A DNA stretch of 64,000 nt from the human T2T-CHM13v2.0 reference genome, Homo sapiens: assembly GCF_009914755.1 (NCBI RefSeq), contig NC_060932.1. One strand, written 5' to 3'. This document shows positions 25,009 through 39,329 of this stretch, in pieces. The notes below the pieces were generated by a model that had not been told where the DNA came from, ran no database searches, and worked only from the letters and a program-made list of their open reading frames with translations. The first letter of the stretch is position 1; every line of letters starts with the position of its first letter. The translations under genes and the position numbers were made by a program.

Positions 25009-28000
25009 AGGAATCACAGTATTAAATAAACGTTAAGAATTCTATCTTTTTCTAGTTGTTTAATTCCATTGAGGCCGTTAGAATTTTTGAAAAGTAAAAT
25101 TGTATTTTCAAATTCTTCCCATCCAGTATAACTAAATTAAAAGTGCTACATCAATTTCCTGAAAATAGAAAACTTCCAAATGATGTTAAATCATATCCAT
25201 GATAAATCATCTTTGATCCAGTGGATGAATCCATCTTTGATTCATTACATTTTAATGAAAATGTAAAGATTTATGGAGAATGGGAAATATGGTTAAAGAA
25301 AAATTAAGTACCTAGGAAATAAATCATTCCTCTACCAATCACAGCTGAAAATAAGCATTTATTGTGTGCTATTATAAATGCAGGAGCAATCTAGCAGCTA
25401 GTGTGAAGAGACACTATTCTTCTCACAGTATAATTTCATAGGTTTAAAACTTGGCTACTTAAATATTTTAGTAAATATAATAATTATAGTCTGATATTTC
25501 AAATTTATTCTTTTAATAGAGAGATTTATTTCATAACTACAACTAAGTCTCTGCTTCTAGTAAATACTATTACTTTTCATACTCACCCATTCAGTATTTG
25601 ACCAATATTAACACTTTGCAAGACTTAAAGATTACATGATTAATTCATGTACAGTGCCTTGTTATAAGAAGTGCAGAGTTATGTAACTATGGTTGATGAT
25701 CCAATTTTAGTGCTTAAGTGTCAAATAACATGTAAATGCTTAAGTGTCAAATAAAGCATTTTTCCTCCTTTGTTCTTTCTAAAGTAACAATGTGGAATGT
25801 CTTTCCTAATTCTTGATACCGTCTTTGCATAAATAACAGTTTATTGTGTTTCCAACATGAATAATATACATTCTTTTTCATGAATTTCCATGCAAAGAAT
25901 CATTAAAACTGCTTACAGAAACATAAATTCTGATGGGAGGAGCCCTTCTAGATGGCTGACCAGAGGTAGTTGAGTCAACAAAAAGGAAACAAAACAACAA
26001 GTAGATAATCACAGATGAAATGGAGCATCTAATAAGGACCATTCAGCAGGGAAATGACAAGAAACATCTAAGGCATGGAAGGACAGAGAAACAATGAAGT
26101 TAGTCTAGAGAACTAAGTGAGGCAGCCAGCCTGGCTAGGATCAGCTGGGAGCTAGAAGAGGCTGTCTAGTGTGGGGGAAAGGCAAGAGAGAAATCCTGAG
26201 TGGTCCACATTTTCACTGTAGACTTTTGCAGTCCTAGCCACCAGAGAACCCCTTGGCCAGCCATTATAGGCCCTGATACTGGTGCAGGGTGCTTGCTGCC
26301 TGGAGTCTGCATAATGAAATTGTTGCAGAGAGAAAACTCATACTCAAACACCTCTAAGACCCAAGCAGCTGCAGCATGGTGTCATTTTGAGAATCCAGGC
26401 TCCATCAGAGTGCACTCAGACACCATTGAAACTGATTAAAGCTGAAGAAATCATGTGAAGGCTAGACTGAGTATGCACTCAGAATGAAAACTATTAAAGT
26501 ATCCTATCCAACGAACTCTATAGATACATTTAAAGGAAAAAGTATTTTCATATGAAAACCAATCCCAAAAAATTGAAAGTTATTATTACACCAGATATCA
26601 ATGTAAGGACACAAGAAATATGAAAAAGCAAAGAAACGTGACACCTCCAAAGGACACAATAATTATCCACCAATAGATTCCAAAAAAACATATCTATGAA
26701 ATGCCTGAAAAATAATTAAAAATAATGTGACCAAAGAAATTGAGTGAGATACAAGAGAACATACACATACACACAATACAAAGACATCAGAAAAACGATT
26801 CAGGATAGAAATGAGAAATTCAACAAAGAGATAGATACCATAAAGAAGAACTAAACAGAAATTCTGGAAGTGAAGAATTTAATGAATGAAATAAAAAATA
26901 CAACTGAGATACTTAACAATCATCTAGATGAAGCAGAAGAAAGAATTTGTAATCTCGAGAATCATTCTTTTGAAATAACCGAGTCAACCCCCTGTCCCAA
27001 AGAAAAGAAAAGGATAAAAAGAAAAGAATAAAAAAAGAATAAAGAAAGCCTATGGGACATATGCAGCACCATAATGTGAACACATATTCAGATTTTGAGT
27101 GTTCTGAAAGAAGAAGAGATGGAAAAAGTCACAAAAAACCTATTTAACAAAATAATAGCTAAAAATTTTTCATGTCTTGCAAGATATATAGAAATCAAGG
27201 TACAGGAAATATTAATATTCCCAAATAGATTCAACCTTAAAAGTTCTGAGAAATATTACAGTCAAATATTCAAAAGTCAAATACAGAGATAAAATTGTTA
27301 AAAAAGCAAGAGAAAAGCATCAAGACACATAAAGAAAACCCCATCAGACTAACAAGTTTCTCAGGAGAAACCTTAAGGCTAGGATAAAATGGGATAATAT
27401 GTTCAAAATGCAGAAAGAAAAGAAATGTCAGCCAAGAATGCTATGTTCAACAAAGCTACTCTTCAAAAATGAAGGAGAAATAAAATCTTTCCCAGAGAAG
27501 CAAAAACGGAGGGAATTCATCGTCAGTAGACTCCACCTACAAGAAAGCCTTAAGGGATTTCTACAACAGGAAATGAAAGGAAAATATATACCATAATGAA
27601 AACACACTAATGTATGAAACTTAATGTTAAACAGGATAGAATAGATACACAAATGAGAAAAACAAAGGACTGAAATGTTACCACTATAGAAAACCACCAA
27701 ACTACAATAGTAAACAATGGGACAGGAAGAAAGCAGTAAAGGATATACAAAACAACCAGAGAACAATGAACAAAATGACAGAAATAATCCTCACCTAACA
27801 ATAATAATATTGAATTTAAATGGATTAATTTAGTTGTTTAAAATATATATACTGGATGAGTAGGCTTAAAAATTTGCCCAAATATATGTTGCTTACAAGA
27901 AACGCACTTTACCTGTAAAGTGTATATGTGTTTACATATAGACAAAAAGTAAAGGGATGGAAACAAATATTACACACAAATGGAAACCAAAAATGAGCAC

Positions 28001-28072
28001 GAATACCTATAGTTATATCAGATATACAAGCTTGAAGTCAGCAACAGTAAAATGAGGCAAAGGTCATTATAG

Positions 28073-28489
<417 letters not shown>

Positions 28490-29778
28490 TAGAGTCCAGT
28501 AAAAAAGATGTGGGATTTTAACACCACACTCTCAGCGTTAGACAGATGATCTAAACAGAAAGTTAAAAAAAATTGGATATAAAGTGTACTTTAGTCCAAA
28601 TGGACTCAACAGGCATTTACAGATCATCGTGTTCAGCAACTGCAGAATACACATCCTTCTCATCAGCACATGGAACATTCTTCAAGATAGACCATATGTG
28701 TGCTCAGCAATTTTTAAAATTCAAAATCTTGTCAAGTATATTCTTAGCCTACAATGGAATAAAAGTAGAAATCAAGTCAATATAAAGAAAACTTTGGAAA
28801 CTGTACAAATACATGGAAATTAAACAATACGCTCCTAAAATAACAATGGGTCACTAAGTAAGTTAAAAATAAAATGAAATAATTTTTTGCTGTAAATGAA
28901 AATGGAAACAAAACATACCAAAATGTATAAAATACAACAAAAGGAGTACCAAGGGAATTTTATACCAATAAATGCCTACATCACAAAAGTAGAATGGTTT
29001 CAAATAAACCTAATGATGCACCATAAAAACTAGACAACCGAGAGCAAACCAAACTCAAAATTGGTAGAATAAAAATCATAATGATCAGAATAGAACTAAA
29101 GGAAATTGTGACTAAAAAAAAATACAAAGGATCAACAAAACAAGTTGGATTTTTCAAAAAGACATACAAAACTGATAAACCACTAGCTAAACAAACCAAT
29201 AAAAAAAGAATAATTTAAACAAAATCATAAATGAAGAAGGAGACGTTACAAGTGATTGCACAGAAACATAAAGACCACAAGAGACTGCTCTGAACAACTA
29301 TATGCTAACTATCTGGAAAAACTAGAGGAAATGGATAAATTCCTAGACACAGGCAACCTAACATAATTGAAACAAAAACAAATAGACAACCTGAACAAAC
29401 AGACCAATTACAAGTAACAAGTTTGAAACGGTAATAAAAACTCTCCTAAGGTGGAGAAAATGCTTAGAACTCTATGGCTTTACTGCTAAATTCTGAATTC
29501 TACCAAACTTTAAAGAACTGACACCAATCCTTCTCAAACTATTCTGAAGAATTGAAGCACAGGATATTCTTCCTAACTCACTCTACAAGGACAATACTAC
29601 CCTGATATCAAAACCACATAAGAAAACAAGAAAATTACTGGCCAATATACCTGATGAACACTGACAGACAAATCCTCAAAAAATTACTAGCAAGTTAAAT
29701 CCAATAACACATCAAAATATAATACAGCATGATCAGGTAAGATTTATTCTAGGGATGCAAAAATAGTTCAGCATATGT

Positions 29779-30069
29779 TGATCTAGTTTGAATGTTTATC
29801 ACCTCTAAATCTCATATTGAAATTTGATTATCAGTGTCAGAGTTCGGGTCCAGTGGGAGCTGTCATGGGGGTGTATCCCTCATGAATGCCTTGAGGTAAT
29901 AAGTGAATACTTGCTCTACTGGTTCTTGCTATATTGGCATCTAATCCAAGCAGATTTTTGTGTTATGCTTTTTGAACAGCCTGCAGAACTATTAACCAAA
30001 TAACCCTCTTCTTTATAAATTACCCAGCATCAGATATTCCTTTATAGCAATGCAAAATAAACTAATATA
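29779..30069 (+). mobile_element. MaLR LTR (MSTB-like, internally deleted), inserted in L1
   Basis: tgatctagtttgaatg…aaatctcatattgaaatttgat…ataaattacccagc…ctaatata; TSD tatgt/tatgc. Confidence 0.8.
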
Positions 30070-31540
30070 TATGCAGGTTAATTTATGTGATACATTACAT
30101 AAACAGCATGAGGGACAAAATCAGGTCAGCATCTCAACAGATGTAGAAAAAACATTGGATAAAATTCAACATTGCTTCATGATAAAAATTCTGAACAAAT
30201 TAGGCATAGAAGGACCACACCTTAACATAATAAAGGCAATATATGCCAAAGCCACAGAGACCATTATACTGAATGGGGAAAATCTGAAACCTAAGAATTG
30301 GATCAAGACAAGGATGACCACTTTGACCACTCCTATTTAACATAATAGCAGAAGTTCTAGCCATCACAAACAGGCAAAAGAAATAAATAAAATGTGTACA
30401 AGTTATTTAAAAAGAAAGTCAAATTGTCTCTCTTTGCAGATGATATGACCTTATGCATACAAAATCTTAAAGATTCTATCAAAAAACTCATAGAACTGAT
30501 TAACAAAGTCAGTAAATTTGCAGAACATCAAATAAATATACAAAATTAATAGCTTTCTATACACCAATAATGAACTAGCTGAAAAATAAATTTAATGCAA
30601 TTCTGTTTGTAATAGCTACAAAAAATCTAAAATGTCTAGGAATAAATTTGAACAAGGAAGTGGAAGATATCTACAAAGAATATTACAAAACACTGATAAG
30701 AGAAATTGAAGATCACACAAAGAGACATCTCAATGCTCATTGTTAATAATAATATTGCTGCAGTAATCATACAGTCCAAAGCAATCTATAGATTCAATGC
30801 AATATTTATCAAAATACCAATGGCATTCTTCATAGAAATAGGAGAAAAGTATTATCAAATTTGTATGAAACCAGAAAAGACCCAAATAGCTAAAGCAATA
30901 AGCAATCCTGAGCACAAAGAACAAAGCTGGAGTCATCACATTACCTGAGTTCAAAATATACTACATAGCTATAATAATGAAAACAGCATCATATTGGTAC
31001 AAAACCAGATACATAGACCAATAAAAGAGAATGGAGAACCTAGAAATAAATCCGTGTATTTTGAACCAACTGATTTTTGACAAAGATGCCAATAACATAT
31101 ATTAGGGAATGGATAGTCTAATCAATAAATCATGCTGGGCAAACTAGATACCCATATATGGAAATGTAAAACTCTACCACTATTTTTCAAGAAATTATCT
31201 AAAAATGGATTAAGAAAAACTTAAAAGTAATACTCAAAACTATAAAACTACTAGAAGAACTCACAGGGAAAATGCTTCAGATCATTAGTGTATCAAAGAT
31301 TTTATGGCCAAGACCTCAAAGTCACAGACAACAAGAAGACCAGAAGAAAAATGATAGCATATTGAACTAGAAGGCTTCTGTCTAGCAAAGAAAACAGTCA
31401 ACAGCATGAAGAGACAACCTGGTGAATAAGAGAAAATATTTGCAAACTATCCGTCCAATAAAGGACTAATATTGAAAATATACAAAGAACTCAAACAACT
31501 CAACAGCAAAAACTACACAATCCTATTAAAAAGTGGGCAG

Positions 31541-31828
31541 GGCCGGGTGTGGTGGCTCACGCCTGTAATCCCCGCACTTTGAGAGGCAGAGGCGGGTGGA
31601 TCACGAAGTCAGGAGATCAAGACCATCCTTGCTAACATGGTGAAACCCCGTCTCTATTGAAAAAATACGAAAAATTATCCGGGCATGGTGGCGGGCGCCT
31701 GTAGTCCCAGCTACTCTGGAGGCTGAGGCAGGAGAATGGCGTGAACCTGGGGGGCAGAGCTTGATTGCGCCACTGCACTCCAGCCTGGGCAACAGAGCGA
31801 GACTCCATCTCAAAAAAAAAAAAAAAAA
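31541..31828 (+). mobile_element. AluY-type
   Basis: gatcacga…gagatcaagaccatcc, gagaatggcgtgaacc; TSD aaa(g/a)tgggca. Confidence 0.95.
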
Positions 31829-31834
31829 TGGGCA

Positions 31835-31986
31835 GGCCAGGTGCAGTAGCCCACACACATAATCCCAGCACTTTGGGAGGCTGAAGTGGATGGATTGCTT
31901 GAGGCCAAGAGTTTGAGACCAGCCTGGCTAACATAGCAAAACCCCATTTTTATTAAAAAAAAAAAAAAAAAGAATGAAAGAAAAAA
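31835..31986 (+). mobile_element. FLAM/Alu monomer with A-tail
   Basis: ggccaggtgcagtagc…ggattgcttgaggccaagagtttgagaccagcctgg followed by poly-A. Confidence 0.9.
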
Positions 31987-31995
31987 TGGGTAAAG

Positions 31996-34900
31996 GGAGG
32001 GGGAGGCAGAGCAAGATAGCTGAAAAAACTCTCCTGCAATACCTTATCTCCCCAACCCCTGCACTGGAATACCCAGTGGAACAACGATATATGCAAAAAT
32101 CACCTTCATAAGAACAAAAAATCAAGTTAATGATCACAATAATTGGTTTTAACATCACAGCAAGGAAAGAGGCACCGAAGAGTATAGGAAAGGCAGTCTT
32201 GAATTGGCAACACCACCCGTCCCCCATTTTCTGGCAGTGGCTGCATGGCATTAAGAGAGAATCTGTGCACTTAGGGGAGGGAGAGCCCAGCGATTCTGGG
32301 ACTTTCCATTGGAACTCAGTGCTTCCTGTTATAGTCAAAAGCAGCACTGGACAGAATTCAGCTGGCACTCACAGAAAGAGCATGCAGACCATCCTTAGCC
32401 AGAGGGGAATTGTTCATCCCAGTGATCAGAACCTTAGTTCCAGCTAGCACCATCACCACAGGTTAAAATGCCCTGGAGTCCTAGATAAACTTGAAAGGCA
32501 ATCTAGATCACAAAGACTGTGATTCCCGGGCAAGTCCTGGTGGCGACTTGCTAAGAGTCAGTGGATTTGGCGTACATATGACATAGTGAGCCTCCAGCTG
32601 GGGCAGCCAAGGGAGTGCTTGTGTCATCCGTCCCCCAACCCCAGGCTGTGCAGTTTGCAACCCTTGGGAGACTCTTTCCTTCTGCTTAACAAGAGGAAAG
32701 GGAAGGGTAAATAGAACTTTGTCTTACAACTTGGATACCAGCTCAGCCATAGTAGAATAGGGCAACAGGCAGACTCCTGAGGTCCTCCTTTCAAGTCTTA
32801 TCTCTCACATGGCAATTCTAGACACACCCTAGGCCAGAAAGGAATCCACTGCCTTGAAAGTAAGGACTAGTTCTGGTATGATCCATCACCTGCTGACTAA
32901 AGAGACTTTGTGCCTTGAATGAACATAAGCAGTAGCCGTGCAGTACTTGCCATGGATGAGATACAGTGCTTTTCTGGCTTAAGGTGTGACCTAGCACATT
33001 CCCAACTGTAGTGACAATGTGGGGAGACTCCTTCTGCTTGAGGAAAAGGAAAGGAAGAGTAAAGAGGACTTTGTCTCACAGGTTGGGTACCAGATCAGCC
33101 ACAGTGGGGTAGAGCACAAAGTGGGCTCCTGCGGTCACCAATTCCAGGCCTTGTCTCATCTATGGGCTTTTCTGGGCCCACCCTGGAATAGAGGAGAGAA
33201 CAGGCATGGAAGTATTTGCCACAAGCTTACTGAAGAGAGAGACCCAAGCATGGAAGTATTTGCCACAAGGTTATTGAAGAGTACTTGGGACTTGAGTGAA
33301 CATTGATGGTAGCCAGGCAGTACTCACTGTAAGCCTGTGGTAGCAGTGGCCATGGGGAGAGATTTCTTCTGCCTGAGGAAAGGAAAGAGAAGAGTGGGAA
33401 GGACTTTGTCTTGTAGCATGGGTGCCAGCTCAGTCACAGTAGAATAGAGCACCAGTAGAATCTCAAGGTTCCTGACTTTAGGCCCAGGCTCCCAGACAGC
33501 ATCTCTGGACAGACACTGGGCCAGGGGGAGCTTCTTACCCTCAAGGAAGGACACAAGTCTGGCTAGATTCACCATATGCTGATAGAAGAGCCATTGGGCC
33601 TTGAGTGAACATTGGCAGTAATGAGGCAGTGTTTGCCATGGGCCTTGGATCAGACCGAGTGCTGTCCTGGCTTCAGGTCTGACCCAGTACGGTCCCAGTG
33701 ATGGTGGCCACAGGAGTGTTGTGTCACCCCTCCCCCAGCTCCCAGCAGCTCAGTATGGAGAAAGAGACTTTGTTTGGGAGAAAGTAAGGGAAAAAACGAG
33801 TCTCTCCATGTTAATCCAGTGAATCCCCTCTGATCTTACCGGAGATCACCAAGGCAGTACCTCTATGAATTTGCAAGGGCCACATACTTACTCGGCTTGG
33901 GGTGCCCTCAACGTAGATTCAGCTGCAGTGACCAAACATTTTGATCAAAACACAATTCCCTTTGAACTCTTGGACAGCCTTTCCAAGAAGGATGGGTACA
34001 AATAAGTCCAGACTGCAAAGATGAAAATAAACACCTAACTCTTCAATGTCCAGGTATCAACAAACATCCACAAATATCAAGACCATCCAGGAAAACAGAC
34101 CTCACCAAACGAACAACCTAAGGCACCAGTGACTAATCCTAGAGTGACAGAATATGTGATCTTTCAGACAGAGAATTCAAAAATAGCTTGAATTGGGAAA
34201 GCTCAATGAAATTTAAGATAACACAGAGAAGGAACTCAGAATCTGATCAGATAAATTTAACAAAGAGAGAAAAATATTTTTTAAAATCAAGCAAAAATTT
34301 TGGAGCTAAAAATGCAATTGACATACTGAAGTATGCATTACAGTCAATTTATCTGATCGGATAAACAACCTAACATTGGGTCATAAAGAATAAGAAGAGC
34401 AAGAGCAAACCAAACCCAAAATTAGTAGAAGACAGAAAATAGTAAAGATAAAAGCAGAAATAAATGAAATCTAAATTTAAAAAAAACACAAAATATCAAC
34501 AAAATAAAAAGTTGGTTGTTTAAAAAGGTAAATAAAATTCATAAATCTTTAGCTAGACTAAGAAAAAAGAGAGACAATCCCCTCTGAAAAATAAAATCAG
34601 AGGTGAAAGGGAGACATTATAACTGATACCACAGAAATTCAAAGCATCATTAGAGACTACAATGAGCAATTATATGTGAATATATTGGAAAATCTAGAAG
34701 AAATTGATAAATTTCTAGAACATACAACCTACCAATGTAGAACCACAAAGGAATCCAAAACCTGAATAGACCAATAACAAATTATAGAGTTAAAGCTGTA
34801 ACAAAATGTCTCCCAGCAAAGAAAAGCCTGGGACCTAATGGCTTCAATGCTGAATTTTAGCAAACATTTAAAGAACTAATAACTAATCTTACTCAATCTA

Positions 34901-35316
34901 TCTGAAATATAGAGGTGGAATGCATACTTCCCAAACTCCTTCAATGAGGCCAGAATAACCCTGATACCAAAACAGACAAAGACACATAAAGAAAACTACA
35001 GGTTAATATCCCTGAAGAACATTGATATAAAAATCCTCAACAAAATACTAGCAAGCCGAATTCAACAACATATTAAAAGTAGCATTCACCATGACAAAGT
35101 GGGATCTATCCCAGGAATGAAAGGATGGTTCAATATACACAGACCAATCAATGTCATACATTGTATCAATAGAATAAAGGACAAAAACCATATAATTATT
35201 TCAATTGATGCTAAAAAAGTTGATAAAATTCAACATCCCTTTATGATAAAAACCTTCAAATATTTGATATAGAAGGAACATATCTCAACATAATAAAGGC
35301 TATATATGACAAACCT
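31996..35316 (+). mobile_element. L1 (L1M1/L1MA-PB type) 5' UTR plus ORF1 start, joined to mid-ORF2; 3'-truncated
   Basis: ggaggcagagcaagatagctgaa 5' end; degenerate ~340-bp UTR repeats; gacctcaccaaacgaac (ORF1); caaacccaaaattagtagaag…atatgacaaacc (ORF2). Confidence 0.9.
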
Positions 35317-35499
35317 CTTCAATCTGTACATTATACAACCGAACAGTTACAAGTTCAGAATTTGGAAGAAAAATCTCAGAGAAAACTATAAGAAGAAAGT
35401 GAAAGAGAATAATAAAATAATAGAACATACTGGCAAAGATGATTACCACAAAGAAATCCTATTTGAATTGACTTTCATCATTTTTAGCACAATTCTCAA

Positions 35500-35632
35500 T
35501 CCTGATCTCTTCAGCAAGTATTTAATTAAAACATGGAGTATCTACCTTGTGCTAAGCACAGTGCTAATCACTGAGATACAACGATAAACAAACCAGACAA
35601 ATTTCTTGCCCTCATGCAGCTTGTATTTAGCT
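35500..35632 (-). mobile_element. L2 3' fragment
   Basis: tatctaccttgtgctaagcacagtgcta…cttgccctcatgcagctt. Confidence 0.55.
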
Positions 35633-35681
35633 AACAATTCTTAAAAGAAAGATATTGCTACATTGTTTTATATAGTAACTA

Positions 35682-36530
35682 TGATATAAAAATAAATATG
35701 TATTTGGTCTCTGCCTCTGGTTTCTGACCCAGAGATTTAAAAATTCTTATTTCCTGAGTAATGGGGCTGATAGCAGCATCCTACATAGAGTTCCTAAATC
35801 TCTTGAAATTTTCTGGGTGATGGGAGGGTCTTTTAGTCTAATAAGGCTCTTGGTGGGCTCCTGGATAGCTTCTTGAGAAGCACTGGTCACCAGAGATATG
35901 AAGCCATGATTAGACGGGTAGAATTTTCAGCCCCATACCCTCATCCTCTGGGGAGGGAAGAGTGGGCGGGAAGTAAATGAATAATCCACCATTCATACAT
36001 GATAATGCTTTCATAAAACTCCCTAAACTACAGGGTTTGGGGAGCTTCTCAGTTGGTGAACACAAACATGCGCTGAAAGGGTAGCACATTCTAACTCCAC
36101 AGGGACAGAAGCTCCTCTCCTCTGAACCCTGCTAGGCCTTGCTCTATGTACCTCTTCATCTGACTGTTCATTTGTATCTTTTATAATATGCTTTATAATC
36201 AACTTGTAAGTGTAGGTAGTGTTCCCCTGAGTTCTGTGACCATTAAGCAAATAATGGAACTTGAGAAGAGAGTTGTGGGAACCCCCTAATTATAGGCTAG
36301 TTGGACAAGTGTAGGTATCCTTGGCACCAAATACTTATGGCTGGTGTCTGAAGTGGGGACAGACTTGTGAGAATGAGCCCTTAACCTGTGGGGTTTGCAC
36401 TAAGGCTGATTTGTTAATGCTAGAATTAAATTAAATAGTTGGATACTCAATTGGTGACTGTAGACAACTGGAGAATTGCTTGATATGAAAAAACCACATT
36501 TAGTGTTAGAAGTGTTGTGAGTAGAGAAAC
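35682..36530 (+). mobile_element. ERVL-class solo LTR (MER21-like)
   Basis: atttggtctctgcctctggtttctga…ggtcaccagaga…agccatgattaga…ggacagaagctcct…gagcccttaacctgtgggg. Confidence 0.8.
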
Positions 36531-38971
36531 ACTTTTCCTTACTACTTTAAATGACATTGTGTCTAACAGACGTTTGATAGAAAGGAGAAATATAAAGTTT
36601 ACATCAGTATAAAGTGACATCCAGAAGGAGTCATTCTTGCATATTTTGGCAAATGTTCATACTTCGAATCATAGAACATATCAGTAAGGACTCAATTCAG
36701 ATACAGGTTTTGATGTGTTACTATAATTTCAGAACGAATTGGTACATAAAATTGCATATCCATTCAACATACTTTGTCATTTTCAAATAGTTTTTTTTCT
36801 GGAACAACCTTCCTCAGAATGTTATGTGGCTGGTAATTTCCTGGTCAGTACTGTTTACAAAAAGAAAGAGCTTTTGAATTGCCATGTCTTCATCCTTTTC
36901 CTACCTCAAGGCTTTTCATAGTAAGAGTAAACAAATGTAGTACACTTTCTTGGAAGGTATAGCAATTTCACTATAAAAATGCCGGAAGTGTCAGCTTCAA
37001 AGGATGATATTAGTCATTAAATATTTTCTCTATTTTGATTGTAATGTTAAAAAAAAGTTTTTGAAAGGGCAGGTGAAAAGCCAGTTATACATCTTTATAA
37101 TCATTATATTTCAAGACAATATGAAGGGAGCAGACATGAAAGTAAATGAATGGGATACATTTAGTTAGTATGAAAATATGATAATACAGATTTCAGGTCT
37201 AATTCTGTAATTTTTATTTAGTTTCACATACATAGATTAGTGATTATACTTAAAGAAAAACAAAAAATGTAGCTCTAATTTGGAGATGAAAAATCGCACA
37301 CATGTTCATAATTCTAATTTAAGATTAATGCTGTCCTAATTACACCCAATGAATGTAAGCAGAAATTTTGTCTCCCAAACTAGTTTTGTCTGATTAAATA
37401 TTTTTGATGTGTTAATGCTAAACTAATAGATATATTGTGAAGAGGTTTCTAGCTAGATTATTACTTCCCATTACATGCATTACCATGAATTGCCTACACT
37501 GTCTTCTCTTGTACCCATCAGCCTGTGAAAATTTATTTAATTACATTATAAAGTTGGTGGTGTGAGTACTCTTTGGTATATCTGCTATTCCCCATCCCCC
37601 AACAATAATAAACATATTATTATAGTTTGTGACTAACTCATGGTGGTTTAATTATATGGTGACCTAACCAGTTAGCTCTCACAAAGAATTATTATCTTTG
37701 TCAAATAATTTTTTAAAGAAATCGTTTTTTGTAACATTTAACTATGCATCATGAAGACAAATAATAAAACCGCTGGAGTCCAAACTTGTTTTTGGATATG
37801 CTTGCATAAAATAGATACGACTTAAAGATGCTGAGATGTATAAATCTTGCCAGTAGACTGTTTTTCCTATTTTTATAGATTTCCCGTTATTAAAATGTGT
37901 TTATATTTCAGTTAAAAGTGTCAATGATTTAAAATTTACCATATCACTTAAAAATTTTAATAAGTTTTAATCACTGCTGTTGAAACATACTATACATTCT
38001 TTTATTTAATGGAAAAAATACCTAATAGAAAACTAAGAGAACTTGGTTTCCATCTTTGATATAAAAATCTTAAACTTGTTAAGATTTTTAAAGCTATTGC
38101 CAAAGGATAATTAGCTCTGCCATGGACCAAAACAGGAATGAGATAAAAGAAAGATTTCTGAAAAAAAGTGACATATAAATTTAAATTCAAGACTTAAATG
38201 TACTCATGATGGAGGAATTGAACAAAATTGGTTGTAGGCAGCTAGCTCATTAATTAGTAAACTGAATTATTTTATTTAGGATGAAGAGAAAATGAAATGT
38301 AGGATTGGATGAAGAAAATGAAAAAGCAGGCTCACAGACTGAGATAACTATGCTGCTAGATTATTACTACTTTTTTTTGACAATTCCATTAGAACTGCTA
38401 CAAAAATCAAAATGACAGTTTCTTGACTTTTGACATTATATGAGATTGTATAATATGAGATTAACTTTTCGCTTTTATATCACACTTCATAAGAAAATAA
38501 TCAGAACAATAATATTATCTTTAAAATAGCCATGAAAGAATACACAGGTATGATCAAAAAATTTTAAAACTAAAAATTTACTCATACGTTAGAAATGTAA
38601 CTAAACATGAAAGAGCTGTTATAGAAAGAGAACTATCACGAATCAGTTCTGATGAAATACTCTTATGAGAATTCCAAAGCTAACTTTATTTAATTTTTTA
38701 TAAATTTTCTGGATGGCTAAGTCCATTTACAACTTAGCGGAATGCTGGTTTCATTGTAGAGCAAAACTTAATTCATATACTATTTAGTATTTATATATTG
38801 GTTGGTATGCAGAAGTTATACTAAGGTAATGTTTTATTATTTATCAAGAAATAATTTGCTATGTAAGGATTCAATCAGTGAAATCAAGTACTTTAAGTAT
38901 ATTATTTTTATGTTATTTCAGCTGCATTATTATGATTACATCTTAGGAGCAGAAATTATTTTATTGCTGCA

Positions 38972-39329
38972 TGTTATGGTATGAATGTTTGTGTTCCCCC
39001 AAAATTCATTTACTGAAATCCTAACCCCCAAGCTGATGGTATTAAGAGGTGGGGCATTTGGGGAGGCAATTATGTCATTAAGATGAAGCCCTCACCATTG
39101 CATTTAGTGCCCTTATAAAATAGTCCCAGGGGAGCTTTTTTCTGTGTCCTCACATGGTGGAGACTGTCAGTGTCTTCTGTAAGAAAGCAAGTTCTTACCA
39201 GACACCTAATCTGCTGGCACCTTAATTTTGAACTTCTCACCTTTCAGAACTTTGGGGAATAAATTTATATTGTTTATGAGCTGCCCTGTTTATGGTATAT
39301 TGTTATAGCCATCCAAACAGACTGAGGCA
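38972..39329 (+). mobile_element. MaLR solo LTR (MLT1A/MSTD-like)
   Basis: tgttatggtatgaatgtttgtgttccccc…gaaatcctaaccccc…ctgctggcacctt…gactgaggca; TSD ctgca/ctgta. Confidence 0.85.
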
